In this document: positions 49,110 through 59,607 of the stretch, in pieces
Numbering within the stretch: the first letter of the stretch is position 1
How the letters are laid out: every line of letters starts with the position of its first letter
From: Candidatus Latescibacterota bacterium
GTDB taxonomy: Bacteria; Latescibacterota; UBA2968; GCA-2709665
Direction of reading: 5' to 3'
DNA: 64,000 nt
NCBI GenBank assembly: GCA_965203805.1
Contig: OZ241917.1
Span: 2,144,001 to 2,208,000 of the forward strand
The notes under the pieces: model-generated
What the model was told of the DNA's origin: nothing
The model's database searches: none
What the model saw: only the letters and a program-made list of their open reading frames with translations
Made by a program: the position numbers and the translations under genes

Positions 49110-49469
49110 CTAGACCGCCGCCTTCGCCGAATCCGCGGTCACGGTTGCCGCGATTCCTCCCCGAACCGCGAACTCGCCGACCACCTCCATTTTCGAGGGA
49201 TGGCACGCCGCGACCAGATCGTCGAGAATCCCGTTGACCGCGGCCTCGTTCGACACGGTCCGGTTCCGATACGTGCCCAGATAATGTTTGAGCGATACAG
49301 TCTCCAGACACCTGGCGCCCGGCACGTAGCGAATCGTGACCGTTGCGAACACCGGTTCATTGGTCACCGGATACACGGCCGTGAATTCCGGGAAGACGAA
49401 CTCAATGGTATAGGGCCTCCCCGGCTGAGGGTTTTCCACCGTATTCAGACCCACCTCGACTCTCCACAT
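49110..49469 (-). CDS. QueF paralogue lacking the catalytic Cys and Asp
   Basis: [24 protein letters not shown] and FAVRGGI; colinear with the neighbouring queF. Confidence 0.82.
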   Translation of the reverse strand: MWRVEVGLNTVENPQPGRPYTIEFVFPEFTAVYPVTNEPVFATVTIRYVPGARCLETVSLKHYLGTYRNRTVSNEAAVNGILDDLVAACHPSKMEVVGEFAVRGGIAATVTADSAKAAV

Positions 49470-49524
49470 TCGCGATGCGACCCGGTTCGCGCGCCGATAA
49501 ACGAGCCCCGAACCGCCGGCGTCA

Positions 49525-50526
49525 TCAATATCCGGGAACGGACACGGGCTTGCCCGAGCGCACCGATTCGAAGAGCGCCACGCAGATGCCCGAGGTGCGG
49601 ACAGCCTGTTCCAGGTTCACCTGCGGCTCCGTGTCGTCTTCTATCGCCTGAAGCAGGTCCTCTATCAGCTTCCGCCGGCTGTCGCGACCATCGTCCGCGA
49701 CTTCAATGGGCGCCCATTTTCGGGTGTGCAGATCCGACACCAGGTGGGCGGGAGGCGCCTGGGCGGTGAGAAATGTCTTGCGCGTGCCGTATATCTGCAC
49801 ATTGCGAAAACCGGGCCGGGCCGAACCCATGGTGGTCAACGTTTTGGCCACGCATCCGTTCTCGAACCGGATGATTCCCACCACGCAATCGGTCACGTCC
49901 AGGCCGTGCGATCCGGCGGATATGCCGTTTCCGTATGCCGCCACTTCTACCGCCGGAGAGTCCACAATCCACTGGATCACATCCACGGGGTGGATGCTGC
50001 CGCCGGCCGCCGCGTTATAGCGCGGGCCAAGCCCGCCTCGCCATCCCTCCCGGAACAGATCCAGGTGGTTCGAGATATAGTCCGCTTCGGCGTAGAACAC
50101 CTGCCCGAACGCCTGGGCTTCGACCTGTCGTTTCAACTCCTGAAACGTCTTGTCGAACCGGATCTGGCAACCGTGCGACACCTTCCGTCCGGTCCGGCGC
50201 GACGTCCGTACGATTCTCTCGATATCCTCAAAGGACGTGGCCAGCGGCTTCTCTACAAGCACGTGCTTTCCGGAGGCCAGCATGGCAACCGCCGGATCCG
50301 CGTGCAGATGGTCGGGCGTGCAGATCGAGACCACGTCGATGTCATCCATATCCGCCAGGTCGCGATAATCCGAAACCCGGCGCCGCACGCCGTACTCCTC
50401 GCCGACCTGTTCCAGCAACGTCTCGTTGACGTCGCAAATCGCCGCAACCGCCGCGCCGGCTTCGCGGTACGCAACGATATGCCCCGTGCCCACACCCAGT
50501 CCGATCACCGCCGCGTTCAGTGCCAC
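49525..50526 (-). CDS. Gfo/Idh/MocA-family oxidoreductase
   Basis: VIGLGVG, CTPDHLH and GKHVLVEKP; GTG start after GGAGG. Confidence 0.88.
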   Translation of the reverse strand: MALNAAVIGLGVGTGHIVAYREAGAAVAAICDVNETLLEQVGEEYGVRRRVSDYRDLADMDDIDVVSICTPDHLHADPAVAMLASGKHVLVEKPLATSFEDIERIVRTSRRTGRKVSHGCQIRFDKTFQELKRQVEAQAFGQVFYAEADYISNHLDLFREGWRGGLGPRYNAAAGGSIHPVDVIQWIVDSPAVEVAAYGNGISAGSHGLDVTDCVVGIIRFENGCVAKTLTTMGSARPGFRNVQIYGTRKTFLTAQAPPAHLVSDLHTRKWAPIEVADDGRDSRRKLIEDLLQAIEDDTEPQVNLEQAVRTSGICVALFESVRSGKPVSVPGY

Positions 50527-50629
50527 CCGCCAGACCTCCGCTGATGTGATCCTCGCGTACGACTTCCGTAAATTGTACTGCGTGCCGATACGCGGCACAA
50601 ATCGCCGGGTTTCGCTGTCCGGCTTACGA

Positions 50630-51814
50630 TTAACTGCGCCCCGGCACGATCGGAACCAGGCTGGCGCCCTCCGGCCGCGGCGCGGAGGGTGTGATTGGCG
50701 GACGCCGGTACGAGCGGTACCGGACACCGAGGTGCGGCGTCTCGACTCTCTCGTGGCCCCGGTGGCGGGAATCCATCAGTGCATCCAGCGCCCCGCTCAC
50801 CAGGAGCGTCCGTTCGACCGGATACGGCGGTTTACCGGTGAGGAAGAGTTCGTGGATATTCCGGCTGAGGTAGCTGAAATGGGCATGGGGATCGTCCGGC
50901 AGGAACACCTCCATCCCCCGAACGTCGCCCTGCACGCGGCCGGCGTAACCGAACCCCGAGGTGTACCCATTCAACATCAGGGTGGCCGCCTTCAACCCGT
51001 CGGCGTATTCCAGCAGGAAGACCGCCGGGTCGGCACAGTGCGCCTTCATGTCGCCCTCGGCCTTTGCCTCGATATGTTCCCTGGCCGAATCGGCGAGCTC
51101 GAGCGACCAGCGCCCCTCCGCGCCGGCCCGCCACACGGCGTCCCCTTCAAGGCACTGCACGGCGGCAATTCCCGTCTCGCCGCCGTGCCTGCGTTCAACC
51201 ATACACTGCAGCAGTTCGAGCGCGTGGAACCCATACGAATCGAGACCGGAATACCCGATCGACAGCGCTTCCTCCAACGGCGTTTCCAGCTCGTACTCGA
51301 GATACGGGTTCCTCCATGCCAGCGGCACGGAAGAACCGGCCAGATAAGGTACCTGGAGCGTCCGCGCCCGGTCGTACATCCACTTTGAATTCACCCAGTC
51401 ATAGGCCAGGTGTTTGTCGTTGAATACGGGTACGGACCGGCCGGACGTGGCGAATACCCCGCATACCTGCTCGAAGATGAACCGGCGCGGATACATACGC
51501 TGCTGCTTTTCGTTCCAGGCGTAATCTCCGTGCTCGCCGATGATCAACACCCCGTCTACCGCCAGTTTCCCTCCGTCCAGCGTCAATGCTTTCGGAATGC
51601 TGTTGTAGACGGGCACCCCGTGTTCCCGGGCGAGTTCGAGGCCCACGTCCTTTTCGTGCACCTGGTCCATATACAGGGAAACGACTTCCACCTGCGGCGG
51701 GATCAATCCGTCGTCCGAAGGAAATCCCTTCAGGAACTTCGTGACGATAACATCCGCGTGGGACCGCGCGTACCAGGTTGTCACGATTGCCGCGATTTTC
51801 TTTGTCTTGGACAC
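50630..51814 (-). CDS. Conserved hypothetical protein (Gfo/Idh/MocA-like fold suspected)
   Basis: SHADVIV, GEHGDY, FNDKHL, AGSSVP and YGFHALE motifs. Confidence 0.7.
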   Translation of the reverse strand: MSKTKKIAAIVTTWYARSHADVIVTKFLKGFPSDDGLIPPQVEVVSLYMDQVHEKDVGLELAREHGVPVYNSIPKALTLDGGKLAVDGVLIIGEHGDYAWNEKQQRMYPRRFIFEQVCGVFATSGRSVPVFNDKHLAYDWVNSKWMYDRARTLQVPYLAGSSVPLAWRNPYLEYELETPLEEALSIGYSGLDSYGFHALELLQCMVERRHGGETGIAAVQCLEGDAVWRAGAEGRWSLELADSAREHIEAKAEGDMKAHCADPAVFLLEYADGLKAATLMLNGYTSGFGYAGRVQGDVRGMEVFLPDDPHAHFSYLSRNIHELFLTGKPPYPVERTLLVSGALDALMDSRHRGHERVETPHLGVRYRSYRRPPITPSAPRPEGASLVPIVPGRS

Positions 51815-52029
51815 GGAACACCCGCCTTTCTGCGCGTCAGTCGAACACGATGGCCGCCTGTACGACTGCACCTCTCTTGAGGTGCGCGTCGGACAGCCGC
51901 ACGAACGCGGATGGGGGAAGCCCAACGCCGTCCGTCTCCCTTTCCGCGAGGCAAATATGGTATTCGCCAAAATCGATGTCAAGGTGAAATCAACTTCTCA
52001 GGCAGACGGCAACTCGCGCTATAACCGGC

Positions 52030-52058
52030 TTGATTTTCGGATACGGATCGTCTATTTT
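52030..52058 (+). promoter_or_regulatory. Putative sigma70 promoter for kbl
   Basis: TTGATT-17 bp-TATTTT. Confidence 0.4.
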
Positions 52059-52106
52059 GGTGGCGCAGGACAGGTTGCCCCTTATCGACCCCTCGGGATG
52101 CTCAAT

Positions 52107-53294
52107 ATGGCCTACGGCGGCATGAAATCCGTGTTGGAAGACGAACTGGAGTCCATCCGGGAAAACGGCCTTTTCAAGACAGAAACGCCGATCGCCACAC
52201 CCCAGAACACGCTGATCAGAACCCCGGACGGCGAAGCAATCAACTTCTGCGCCAACAACTACCTGGGGCTCGCCAGCCATCCGGAGATCGCGGAAGCCGC
52301 TGCGGAAGGACTGGACGCGTACGGATACGGCATGGCATCCGTGCGATTCATCTGCGGCACACAGGACCTGCACAAGTCCCTTGAACGCCGCATCTCGGAA
52401 TTCCTGAATACGGAAGACACCATCCTCTATACGTCCTGCTTCGACGCCAATGCCGGTCTGTTCGAAACCCTGTTCGGACCCGAAGACGCCGTGATCAGCG
52501 ACACACTGAATCATGCCAGCATCATCGACGGCATCCGGCTCTGCAAGGCGCGTCGCAGTATCTATCGCCACGCCGACATGACGCATCTGGAAGACCGGCT
52601 CAAGGACGCGGGCGACGCGCGTTTCCGGGTGGTCGCCACCGACGGCGTGTTTTCGATGCACGGCGACGTCGCGCCGTTGAAAGAGATCTGCCGCCTCGCG
52701 GACGCCCACGACGCGCTGGTGATGGTGGACGATTCGCATGCGACCGGATTTCTGGGCGAGAACGGCCGCGGCACCCCGGAGTTCTGCGGCGTTGAGAACC
52801 GGATCGATATCCTGACCAGCACGCTGGGAAAGGCGCTTGGAGGCGCCTCGGGCGGATTCACGACGGGGCGGGGAGAGATCGTCGAGTACCTGCGGCAGCG
52901 CTCCCGCCCCTACCTGTTTTCCAATACGCTGGCGCCGCCGATCGTCGCGGGCGGATTGAAAGCGCTGGAACTCGTACAGACGCGTCCCGAATACCGGCGG
53001 GCCCTGATGAAAAACACCGGCTACTTCAGGAAGACCATGGGTGAACGGGGATTCCTCATCTCGGAGGGCGTCCACCCCATCGTCCCGATCATGCTCGGCG
53101 ATGAACAGAAGACGGTGCGCATGGCCCGGTCGATGAACCGGCGCGGCATCTTCGTGGTGGGATTCAGCTATCCCGTGGTGCCCAGGGGCGAAGCCCGCAT
53201 CCGCGTGCAGGTCTCCGCGGCCCACACGCGAAATCAGCTGGACCGCGCCATCGAAACGTTCGTGGACGTCGGCACGGCCCTCGGCGTCATATAA
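52107..53294 (+). CDS. kbl: Glycine C-acetyltransferase (2-amino-3-ketobutyrate CoA ligase)
   Basis: [27 protein letters not shown] and [12 protein letters not shown] motifs. Confidence 0.95.
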   Translation: MAYGGMKSVLEDELESIRENGLFKTETPIATPQNTLIRTPDGEAINFCANNYLGLASHPEIAEAAAEGLDAYGYGMASVRFICGTQDLHKSLERRISEFLNTEDTILYTSCFDANAGLFETLFGPEDAVISDTLNHASIIDGIRLCKARRSIYRHADMTHLEDRLKDAGDARFRVVATDGVFSMHGDVAPLKEICRLADAHDALVMVDDSHATGFLGENGRGTPEFCGVENRIDILTSTLGKALGGASGGFTTGRGEIVEYLRQRSRPYLFSNTLAPPIVAGGLKALELVQTRPEYRRALMKNTGYFRKTMGERGFLISEGVHPIVPIMLGDEQKTVRMARSMNRRGIFVVGFSYPVVPRGEARIRVQVSAAHTRNQLDRAIETFVDVGTALGVI

Positions 53295-53374
53295 CCCGGC
53301 TCATTGACGCTTATTCTCAGTTGCAGGACAGGATGCGGTTACGGCCGCAACCGCAACAATAAAAGGACACGAAA

Positions 53375-54142
53375 ATGGAAATGCCCCAGCAGCAACCCCT
53401 CCGTGACCGCATCGCCATCGTGACCGGGGCGGGGCAGGGGATCGGCCGGGCCGTCGCCCAGACTCTGGCCAGACACGGCGCCCACCTCGTCGTGAACGAC
53501 CTCGACGAATCCAACGCCGAACGTACGGCCGACGAGCTGGGTTCGGCGTTCGCCAGGGCCTTCCACTTTCAGGCCGACGTCACGGACGCTCCCGGGGTGC
53601 AGGCCATGGTTGACTGGACGGCGGATACCTTCGGCGCGGTCCACATCCTGGTCAACAATGCGGGCATCCTCTTCCCGACCAGCGTCATCGACATCGACGA
53701 AGACGAATGGGACCGCGTCATCGACGTCAACCTCAAGGGCGCTTTTCTCTGCTCCAAGGCCGTCCTCCCGCAGATGCGCGACGCGGGATGGGGCCGCATC
53801 GTCAATTTCTCCTCGACCGCGGGCAAGAACGTCAGCACGGTGGGCGGCGCGCATTACACGGCCGCAAAGGCCGGCGTGCTGGGGTTCACCCGCCACCTCG
53901 CCAGGGAAGTCGCGCCTTACAACATTACGGTAAATGCGGTCTGTCCCGGACTGATCGATACCGAAATGGTCCGCGGTACCATCGACGAAGAACGAACACG
54001 CGCCTACGCGCGCAGCTTCCCCATCCCCCGTCTGGGCAGACCGGAGGAAGTCGCCGACCTGGTGGCCTTTCTCGCTTCCGACCAGGCCGCCTATATCACC
54101 GGCGCATCGCTGGACATCAACGGCGGCGACCTGATGATCTAG
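53375..54142 (+). CDS. SDR-family oxidoreductase (FabG-like)
   Basis: TGAGQGIG, NNAG and YTAAK motifs. Confidence 0.92.
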   Translation: MEMPQQQPLRDRIAIVTGAGQGIGRAVAQTLARHGAHLVVNDLDESNAERTADELGSAFARAFHFQADVTDAPGVQAMVDWTADTFGAVHILVNNAGILFPTSVIDIDEDEWDRVIDVNLKGAFLCSKAVLPQMRDAGWGRIVNFSSTAGKNVSTVGGAHYTAAKAGVLGFTRHLAREVAPYNITVNAVCPGLIDTEMVRGTIDEERTRAYARSFPIPRLGRPEEVADLVAFLASDQAAYITGASLDINGGDLMI

Positions 54143-54179
54143 CAAGGTGTTTCGTACGGTCTCCTGGAGCATCCTGACA

Positions 54180-55340
54180 ATGCAGGTTGTGAGCGTCAAG
54201 ACGTTTCTGGTTCATCCGGGCAGCGCGAAGAACTGGCTGTTTGTCAAGGTGGTGACGGACACGGGCATCCACGGATGGGGCGAGGCCTACACCCAGCACG
54301 ACAGGGACCGGAGCGTCCAGGTGCACCTGGAAGAACTGGGCCGGTACCTGGTTGGACGGTCGCCGTTCGACATCAGGCATTTCACGTACGTGGCCTACAC
54401 GGACTTCGCAAGCAAGCGCGGCGCGATGGACCTCTACGCCGCCATCAGCGCCATCGAACAGGCCTTGTGGGACATTGTCGGCAAGACCCTGAACCAGCCC
54501 GTCTACAACCTGCTCGGCGGCGCCTGCAGGACCCGAATCAAGGTCTACGCCAATGGCTGGGGAAGCTGGTACGATCCCGGAAAGGCGCCGGAGCAACTCG
54601 CCGAGCGGGCCGCGGCGGTGGTGGCGAAGGGGTTCACCGCGCTCAAATTCGACCCCTTTCCCGGCCCCTGGCGCAGCATCATCGACGTGAAGGACGAACA
54701 GACCGCCGTGGACCGGGTGGGGGCCGTACGCGAGGCCGTGGGCCCCGACGTGGATATCCTGGTGGAAGTGCACCGCCGGCTTTCTCCGGCAAATGCCATC
54801 CGTGTTGCGCGGCGCATGGAGCCATTCAACCCCTTCTGGTACGAGGAACCGGTTTCCTCCCGCGACCTTAACGGTCTGGCTGAAGCCAGACGGAACATCA
54901 ACATCCCGGTGGTCACCGGCGAGGAACTCTATACCAAAACCGAATTCCGCGACGTGTTCGAGAAACGCGCCGCGGACATCATCAACCCGGACGTCTGCAA
55001 CTGCGGCGGGATTCTGGAGCTTCGCGAAATCGCGGCCATGGCCGAGTCCTGCCACGTCGCGGTGTCGCCCCACAACTACAACAGTACGACGGTAGGCCTG
55101 GCCGCCACAATGCAGGCCGCCGCCGGCATGCCCAACTTCCTGATTACCGAATACTTCGTGAATTTCGAACCCGCGGGCAACGAAATCGCGGTCGGCCCCT
55201 TCGTCGTCGAAGACGGTTACATCGCGCTTCCCGATTCACCCGGCCTGGGCATCGACCTGGACGAGGACGCGCTTACCCGGTATCCGTTCCGACCGTTCCC
55301 TGCGAGAACACTGCGGCGTCCGCGCGACGAAGGACCGTAG
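54180..55340 (+). CDS. Enolase-superfamily dehydratase (galactonate dehydratase-like)
   Basis: YANGW, KFDPF, EVH, YEEP, TGE and PHN motifs. Confidence 0.88.
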   Translation: MQVVSVKTFLVHPGSAKNWLFVKVVTDTGIHGWGEAYTQHDRDRSVQVHLEELGRYLVGRSPFDIRHFTYVAYTDFASKRGAMDLYAAISAIEQALWDIVGKTLNQPVYNLLGGACRTRIKVYANGWGSWYDPGKAPEQLAERAAAVVAKGFTALKFDPFPGPWRSIIDVKDEQTAVDRVGAVREAVGPDVDILVEVHRRLSPANAIRVARRMEPFNPFWYEEPVSSRDLNGLAEARRNINIPVVTGEELYTKTEFRDVFEKRAADIINPDVCNCGGILELREIAAMAESCHVAVSPHNYNSTTVGLAATMQAAAGMPNFLITEYFVNFEPAGNEIAVGPFVVEDGYIALPDSPGLGIDLDEDALTRYPFRPFPARTLRRPRDEGP

Positions 55341-55437
55341 CGTTTGCATTTTCGCTGTAACCTGCAGCGGTAATTGTACCCGAACGATTCAACCCGGATT
55401 CCAGGCAAACCCGTAATTCACGCGAAGGAGGTCGTCG

Positions 55438-56475
55438 ATGGATCGCGACGAATTAAGAGAGAAATTGGAGGCACTGGAAGTCAGACTGCGCTGGCAGAAA
55501 CGGGCGATTGCAGGATTGCTGGTTGTCTTCCTCTTCAGCGCGTCACCGGCGTTGACCCAGGCGTCGAAGTGGTTCGGGAGCATGCTTCCGGCAAAGCCGG
55601 CCGCGCTGAGCCTTCAACACGGCTGGACGACCGGCGACGTGCGGTTTGGCGATCTTTCGCCCAACAGGGCCGAACTCCCGTTGCCGGAGGCCGGTAACGA
55701 TGGACTGAGCAAAGTCGCTCCCGAGCAAGTCATCGACGCCGGCGATACGCTACGGGTCGGTACCCTCCACATCGTCAATGCAAGCGGGGACGTTGTCGCG
55801 GAAATCGGGTCGGAAGCGTCGGGAGACGGTTCGCTCGTGATAAGAAACAGCAACGGCGCCGTGGTGACCGTTGTGGGCGTAGGCAGAGACGGACACGGCA
55901 CCATGGGCGTCCTCAACACGGCCGGCCGGGTCGCGGCCGCCATGGGCGCCGACCCGTCAGAACAGGCCAATGGATGGGTCGACGTCAGGAGCGCGACGGG
56001 TTCGTTGGCCGCACTCGCATTCGATAATGCCGGAGACGCCGTTATTGCGGCGTTTAACAGGGACGAACACCTGGTCTCCGGATTCGGTATTGACAACACC
56101 GGCGCCGGCGCCTTGCGTATCTCGAATGCGGAGGGCGGGGTCATTGCCGCTATTGGGGCAAATGATAATGGACACGGTCTCATCGGATTCATAAATGCGT
56201 CCCAGCGCATTGTTGCCGGCATGGGAGCGGATTCGACCGGCGTTGGGGGTCTGGGTATTGAGGGGGGCAGGTTCAGGGCCACTGTTGACGGGAACGGCAA
56301 CGGCGTGGCGGAAACTCGAGACAACGACGGTGAGGTTCGCTGGTCCTCTGAAGCGGCCCTCGTCGGGGACACCGGCACGACGAGCGGCCTCATTGGGGAT
56401 TTTGACGGAGACGGCGACGTGGACTTCGCCGACTTCCTCACCTTCACCAGGAATTTCGGCAAAACGAGCGGATAG
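55438..56475 (+). CDS. Membrane-anchored beta-repeat protein with a C-terminal dockerin-like EF-hand
   Basis: Coiled coil + TM, about 7 Gly-rich ~23-aa repeats, then GDFDGDGDVDFADFLTFTRNFG. Confidence 0.8.
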   Translation: MDRDELREKLEALEVRLRWQKRAIAGLLVVFLFSASPALTQASKWFGSMLPAKPAALSLQHGWTTGDVRFGDLSPNRAELPLPEAGNDGLSKVAPEQVIDAGDTLRVGTLHIVNASGDVVAEIGSEASGDGSLVIRNSNGAVVTVVGVGRDGHGTMGVLNTAGRVAAAMGADPSEQANGWVDVRSATGSLAALAFDNAGDAVIAAFNRDEHLVSGFGIDNTGAGALRISNAEGGVIAAIGANDNGHGLIGFINASQRIVAGMGADSTGVGGLGIEGGRFRATVDGNGNGVAETRDNDGEVRWSSEAALVGDTGTTSGLIGDFDGDGDVDFADFLTFTRNFGKTSG

Positions 56476-56681
56476 CATCGGCAGGCCGGGCGGCGACCCC
56501 TGACCGCTCGTCCTCGTTGTGGGGATGGAAGGTATCGGATGGCTCTGGATGGTCGGCAAGGTCCTTCGTATGAAGCGAGTCAATCTGAAGAATCCGAAGT
56601 TCCCAACGCCGCAATCGCCGGTTTTCTGTCGCGTTTTGCGGCTTTTTTTTCGGGAGAGACCTCAAAATCATACGTTCTCTA

Positions 56682-57149
56682 TTGCTCTGCGCACTTGCTT
56701 TGGTCGGTTGCCAGGATCAATTGAAAGAAACCTTCGCTGAATTAGATACCGATCTGCGGGGTGAGAAAAAAGGAATCTGGAAAATAAACATCGAGGCTCA
56801 GAATATTCGCTGGCGATTTTTCTCATACTCTCCCCTGGGTGAACGTAAAAAGGTTTCTGGAGCCTATGAAATAGAATGGAAGAACCGATTTCAAAAAGAA
56901 ATAACTATTGACTGGGGAGCGCGATTTGTAGACGTATATGGGTTGGTGATTGCAGAGTTACCCAATGATACAATTGACGACGTAGTTCTTGTGGCAAAAG
57001 GAACTCATTACCTGGCAAGACCCTTTACAATAGTTGTTGATAAAGTGACAACAGCGAACGAGATCCGGCGCATGGTTTTGTATGTGATGGTCAATGGCAA
57101 AAAGCACAATATCCGAACGGATTTGCGGATAATAAGGGGGTTTCGGTGA
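56682..57149 (+). CDS. Hypothetical lipoprotein
   Basis: LALVGC lipobox; AT-rich; start uncertain. Confidence 0.55.
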   Translation: MLCALALVGCQDQLKETFAELDTDLRGEKKGIWKINIEAQNIRWRFFSYSPLGERKKVSGAYEIEWKNRFQKEITIDWGARFVDVYGLVIAELPNDTIDDVVLVAKGTHYLARPFTIVVDKVTTANEIRRMVLYVMVNGKKHNIRTDLRIIRGFR

Positions 57150-57228
57150 AAGAGGCGGCAGAGGTTCAGAGGTTATTTGCGACCGATAACATCCGCATCG
57201 CCATCTTCCTATTTTCCCGATAGGCGCC

Positions 57229-57375
57229 ATGTGGACGCTTACAAACAGACTCGAAGACAAAATTGACGCTCGTTTTGACAAGGTCGAATCCCGCCTGGAC
57301 AGGATCGACGCCCGCTTTGATTCCTTCGGCGAACGTATTGCAATCAACGAAGCCAGACTGAACGACAAAGAGTAA
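57229..57375 (+). CDS. Short coiled-coil ORF, probably a remnant
   Basis: MWTLTNRLEDKIDARFDKVESRLDRIDARFDSFGERIAINEARLNDKE heptads. Confidence 0.4.
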   Translation: MWTLTNRLEDKIDARFDKVESRLDRIDARFDSFGERIAINEARLNDKE

Positions 57376-57499
57376 AACCCCTCCCTATCTCACCGATTCT
57401 CAAGCCACGCTTCAAATTCCCACGTTGGCTTGTCCCCCTTGCCCAATTTCACCAATGGGGGATCGCCCGCAAACAACCCTCCTGCAAACTCACCCGGTG

Positions 57500-57740
57500 T
57501 AGCTTGATACTGACGTCTCGTTGCATCTCCGCTTTCGCAGGATGGTGGAGATTACTCGGCATGGTTTCTCGATGTGTTTGTTGTGTTGCAGTCGCAGGGT
57601 AAAACGGGCTTGGGATCGCACGATATAGCTTGCTCGTTTGATGAGTTCGAACCGGATGTGCGTATGGATTTAAGCGGCCACCTGCCGGCAGGCGGGTCGG
57701 TTGGTTTTTTCGTGGTGCGACTGGTTTTTGACCGTCAGCG
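57500..57740 (-). pseudogene. Possible IS1380-like transposase C-terminal remnant
   Basis: IRFELIKRASYIVRSQARFTLRL resembles IS1380 C-termini; frameshifted; ends approximate. Confidence 0.35.
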
Positions 57741-58464
57741 TTGAAGTGAAGCCGTCGACGCCCTTCTCAATGCGCTGCCAATGGGTGCATTGACGGATAT
57801 GCCGCTGCTGGAGTTACGCGCCTTTCACGGCGCCCGTCTCCCGAGTCTTCAGCAGACAGGTAACTGGACCAGCCGCTTCCTCCGCTGCAGATCACGAATT
57901 AATCACTGTTACAGGCTATGTTTCCACAGACACGTCACGCATAGATGTGTACATTTGACTCGACATATTTGAGCGACAATGGTCGCAAATATCCGCAAAA
58001 ACACAGATGTCGGGAGGGTGCGCAGGTTTGGGCTCAATCACATCCGGGTAGACTGGGACAGAATAACCGCAATCGAGGAGGAGTAAATCGCGTCGCTGAG
58101 GATTGGCGACGAATGGCGGAGGCGGTAGCGTGGGACGTTTCACAGGGGCGGCCGAAGTAGAGCACCTCACGAGACGCGCGAGTCCCGCCTCTACCTCTGC
58201 CGCTCGTCGGACCCGCCATGCCGAATCGCTCACGGATTTATCGACCGCCAACGGACGTGCCTCCTTGCAGACTCGGGTGAATGACAGACCTCTTGATATT
58301 ATCCGAGGCCACGGACAGTTGCTTCGGCAGCCTGTCGACTCCCTCAGTATGGCAATCCGAGCGAACGGACGACGGACAACTTTCGCGCAAGATTCTGGCA
58401 TTTCCTTGCCGCTGCGTCGACCTCATCGGCAATGACGCCGATGTTTTACCACGGGAGGGATCAA

Positions 58465-59607
58465 ATGAATCCGCTTGAAGAACGACTGAATCGACTGGAA
58501 ACGCGCGTAACGCGCTATCGCAATTTCAACGTCCTGTTGTGTCTTCTGCTGGTAGCCGTTGTGACGGTGGCCGCAAAAGACGGCGCATCGCCGTTTCAGG
58601 CGAAGTCGGCCCCAGCATCGGGCCCGATACCCGAAGCCGATGGCCGAATTCCCGATTTACCGGGCCGTGGCGTAGATGTCGAGATGCAACCGGAGGTCCA
58701 GAGTGCGGGGAAATTGGCCGCGCAGACGCAGGGTGTGATTCGCGCGACAGGACTGCAAATTGTAAACAGCGACGGACAGGCAGTGGTTGAACTCTTCCCC
58801 AGCACTGCCGGCGGTGGGCTTATCTTTGTGAATTCTGCTGAGGACAAGAACCTCGTCTACATTGGATCGTCAGCCTCGAACGGCAATGGATTGGTGCGTA
58901 TCAATTCAGCCCAGGAAAAGAACTTGATAGGTCTGGGATCAATTCCCGATACCAATGATGGATCTATCGATATTAGAAATAGAAACGAAGAACGATTGAT
59001 CACTTTGAATACTTCCGAGGCAAATGGTTGGATTAGAATCAACAAGACCGGCAATGAAAACCTGGCGTATCTGGGTGCGAATACTCGCGATAATGGGCTC
59101 TTGAGTCTAAGCAACAAATCTGGCAAAGGCATGGTGTCGATGTTTGCAGATGAAACCGCCGGTAATCTGAGTTTGCGAAATCAAAGCGACAAGACGATTG
59201 CGTACCTGGGGTGGAGCGGCGAAGGTCAGGGACTACTAGAAATCAACTCCAAAACGGGTACGGAACTCATTACCGCAGGATCAAACGTCGAAGATGACGG
59301 ACTGTTCAGGGTAAGCAATCGCTATGGCACCCTCGGGTATTTCGTCATTAGTTCTGACGCACATGGCTATGCGGCAATTCAGGATAACCAGGAGAGGCTG
59401 CTTGCAGACCTGACCGCGACTGCATCCGGGGACGGACTTGTCCGCACGTTGTCGCGACAAGGCATCACGACCTGGTCGAGCGCTACCGGACAAGGCAACT
59501 CCGGGACGACGTCATTGCTAAGGGGTGATATGGACGGCGATGGAGATATTGACGGGGATGATTTCCTGATCTTCTCTGAAAACTTCGGCAGGAAAAATAA
59601 TCAATGA
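58465..59607 (+). CDS. Membrane-anchored beta-repeat protein with a C-terminal dockerin-like EF-hand (paralogue of 55438)
   Basis: LEERLNRLE coiled coil + TM, about 10 repeats, then GDMDGDGDIDGDDFLIFSENFG. Confidence 0.8.
   Translation: MNPLEERLNRLETRVTRYRNFNVLLCLLLVAVVTVAAKDGASPFQAKSAPASGPIPEADGRIPDLPGRGVDVEMQPEVQSAGKLAAQTQGVIRATGLQIVNSDGQAVVELFPSTAGGGLIFVNSAEDKNLVYIGSSASNGNGLVRINSAQEKNLIGLGSIPDTNDGSIDIRNRNEERLITLNTSEANGWIRINKTGNENLAYLGANTRDNGLLSLSNKSGKGMVSMFADETAGNLSLRNQSDKTIAYLGWSGEGQGLLEINSKTGTELITAGSNVEDDGLFRVSNRYGTLGYFVISSDAHGYAAIQDNQERLLADLTATASGDGLVRTLSRQGITTWSSATGQGNSGTTSLLRGDMDGDGDIDGDDFLIFSENFGRKNNQ

Noticed and set aside
48710-49469. Single bimodular queF produced by stop-codon read-through
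   Set aside because: The two ORFs are out of frame (34-bp gap) and the second has its own AGGAGG RBS
57780-58430. ORFs 57916-58401 and 58103-58435 in the long intergenic stretch
   Set aside because: No RBS, atypical composition, and no recognisable motif or RNA structure
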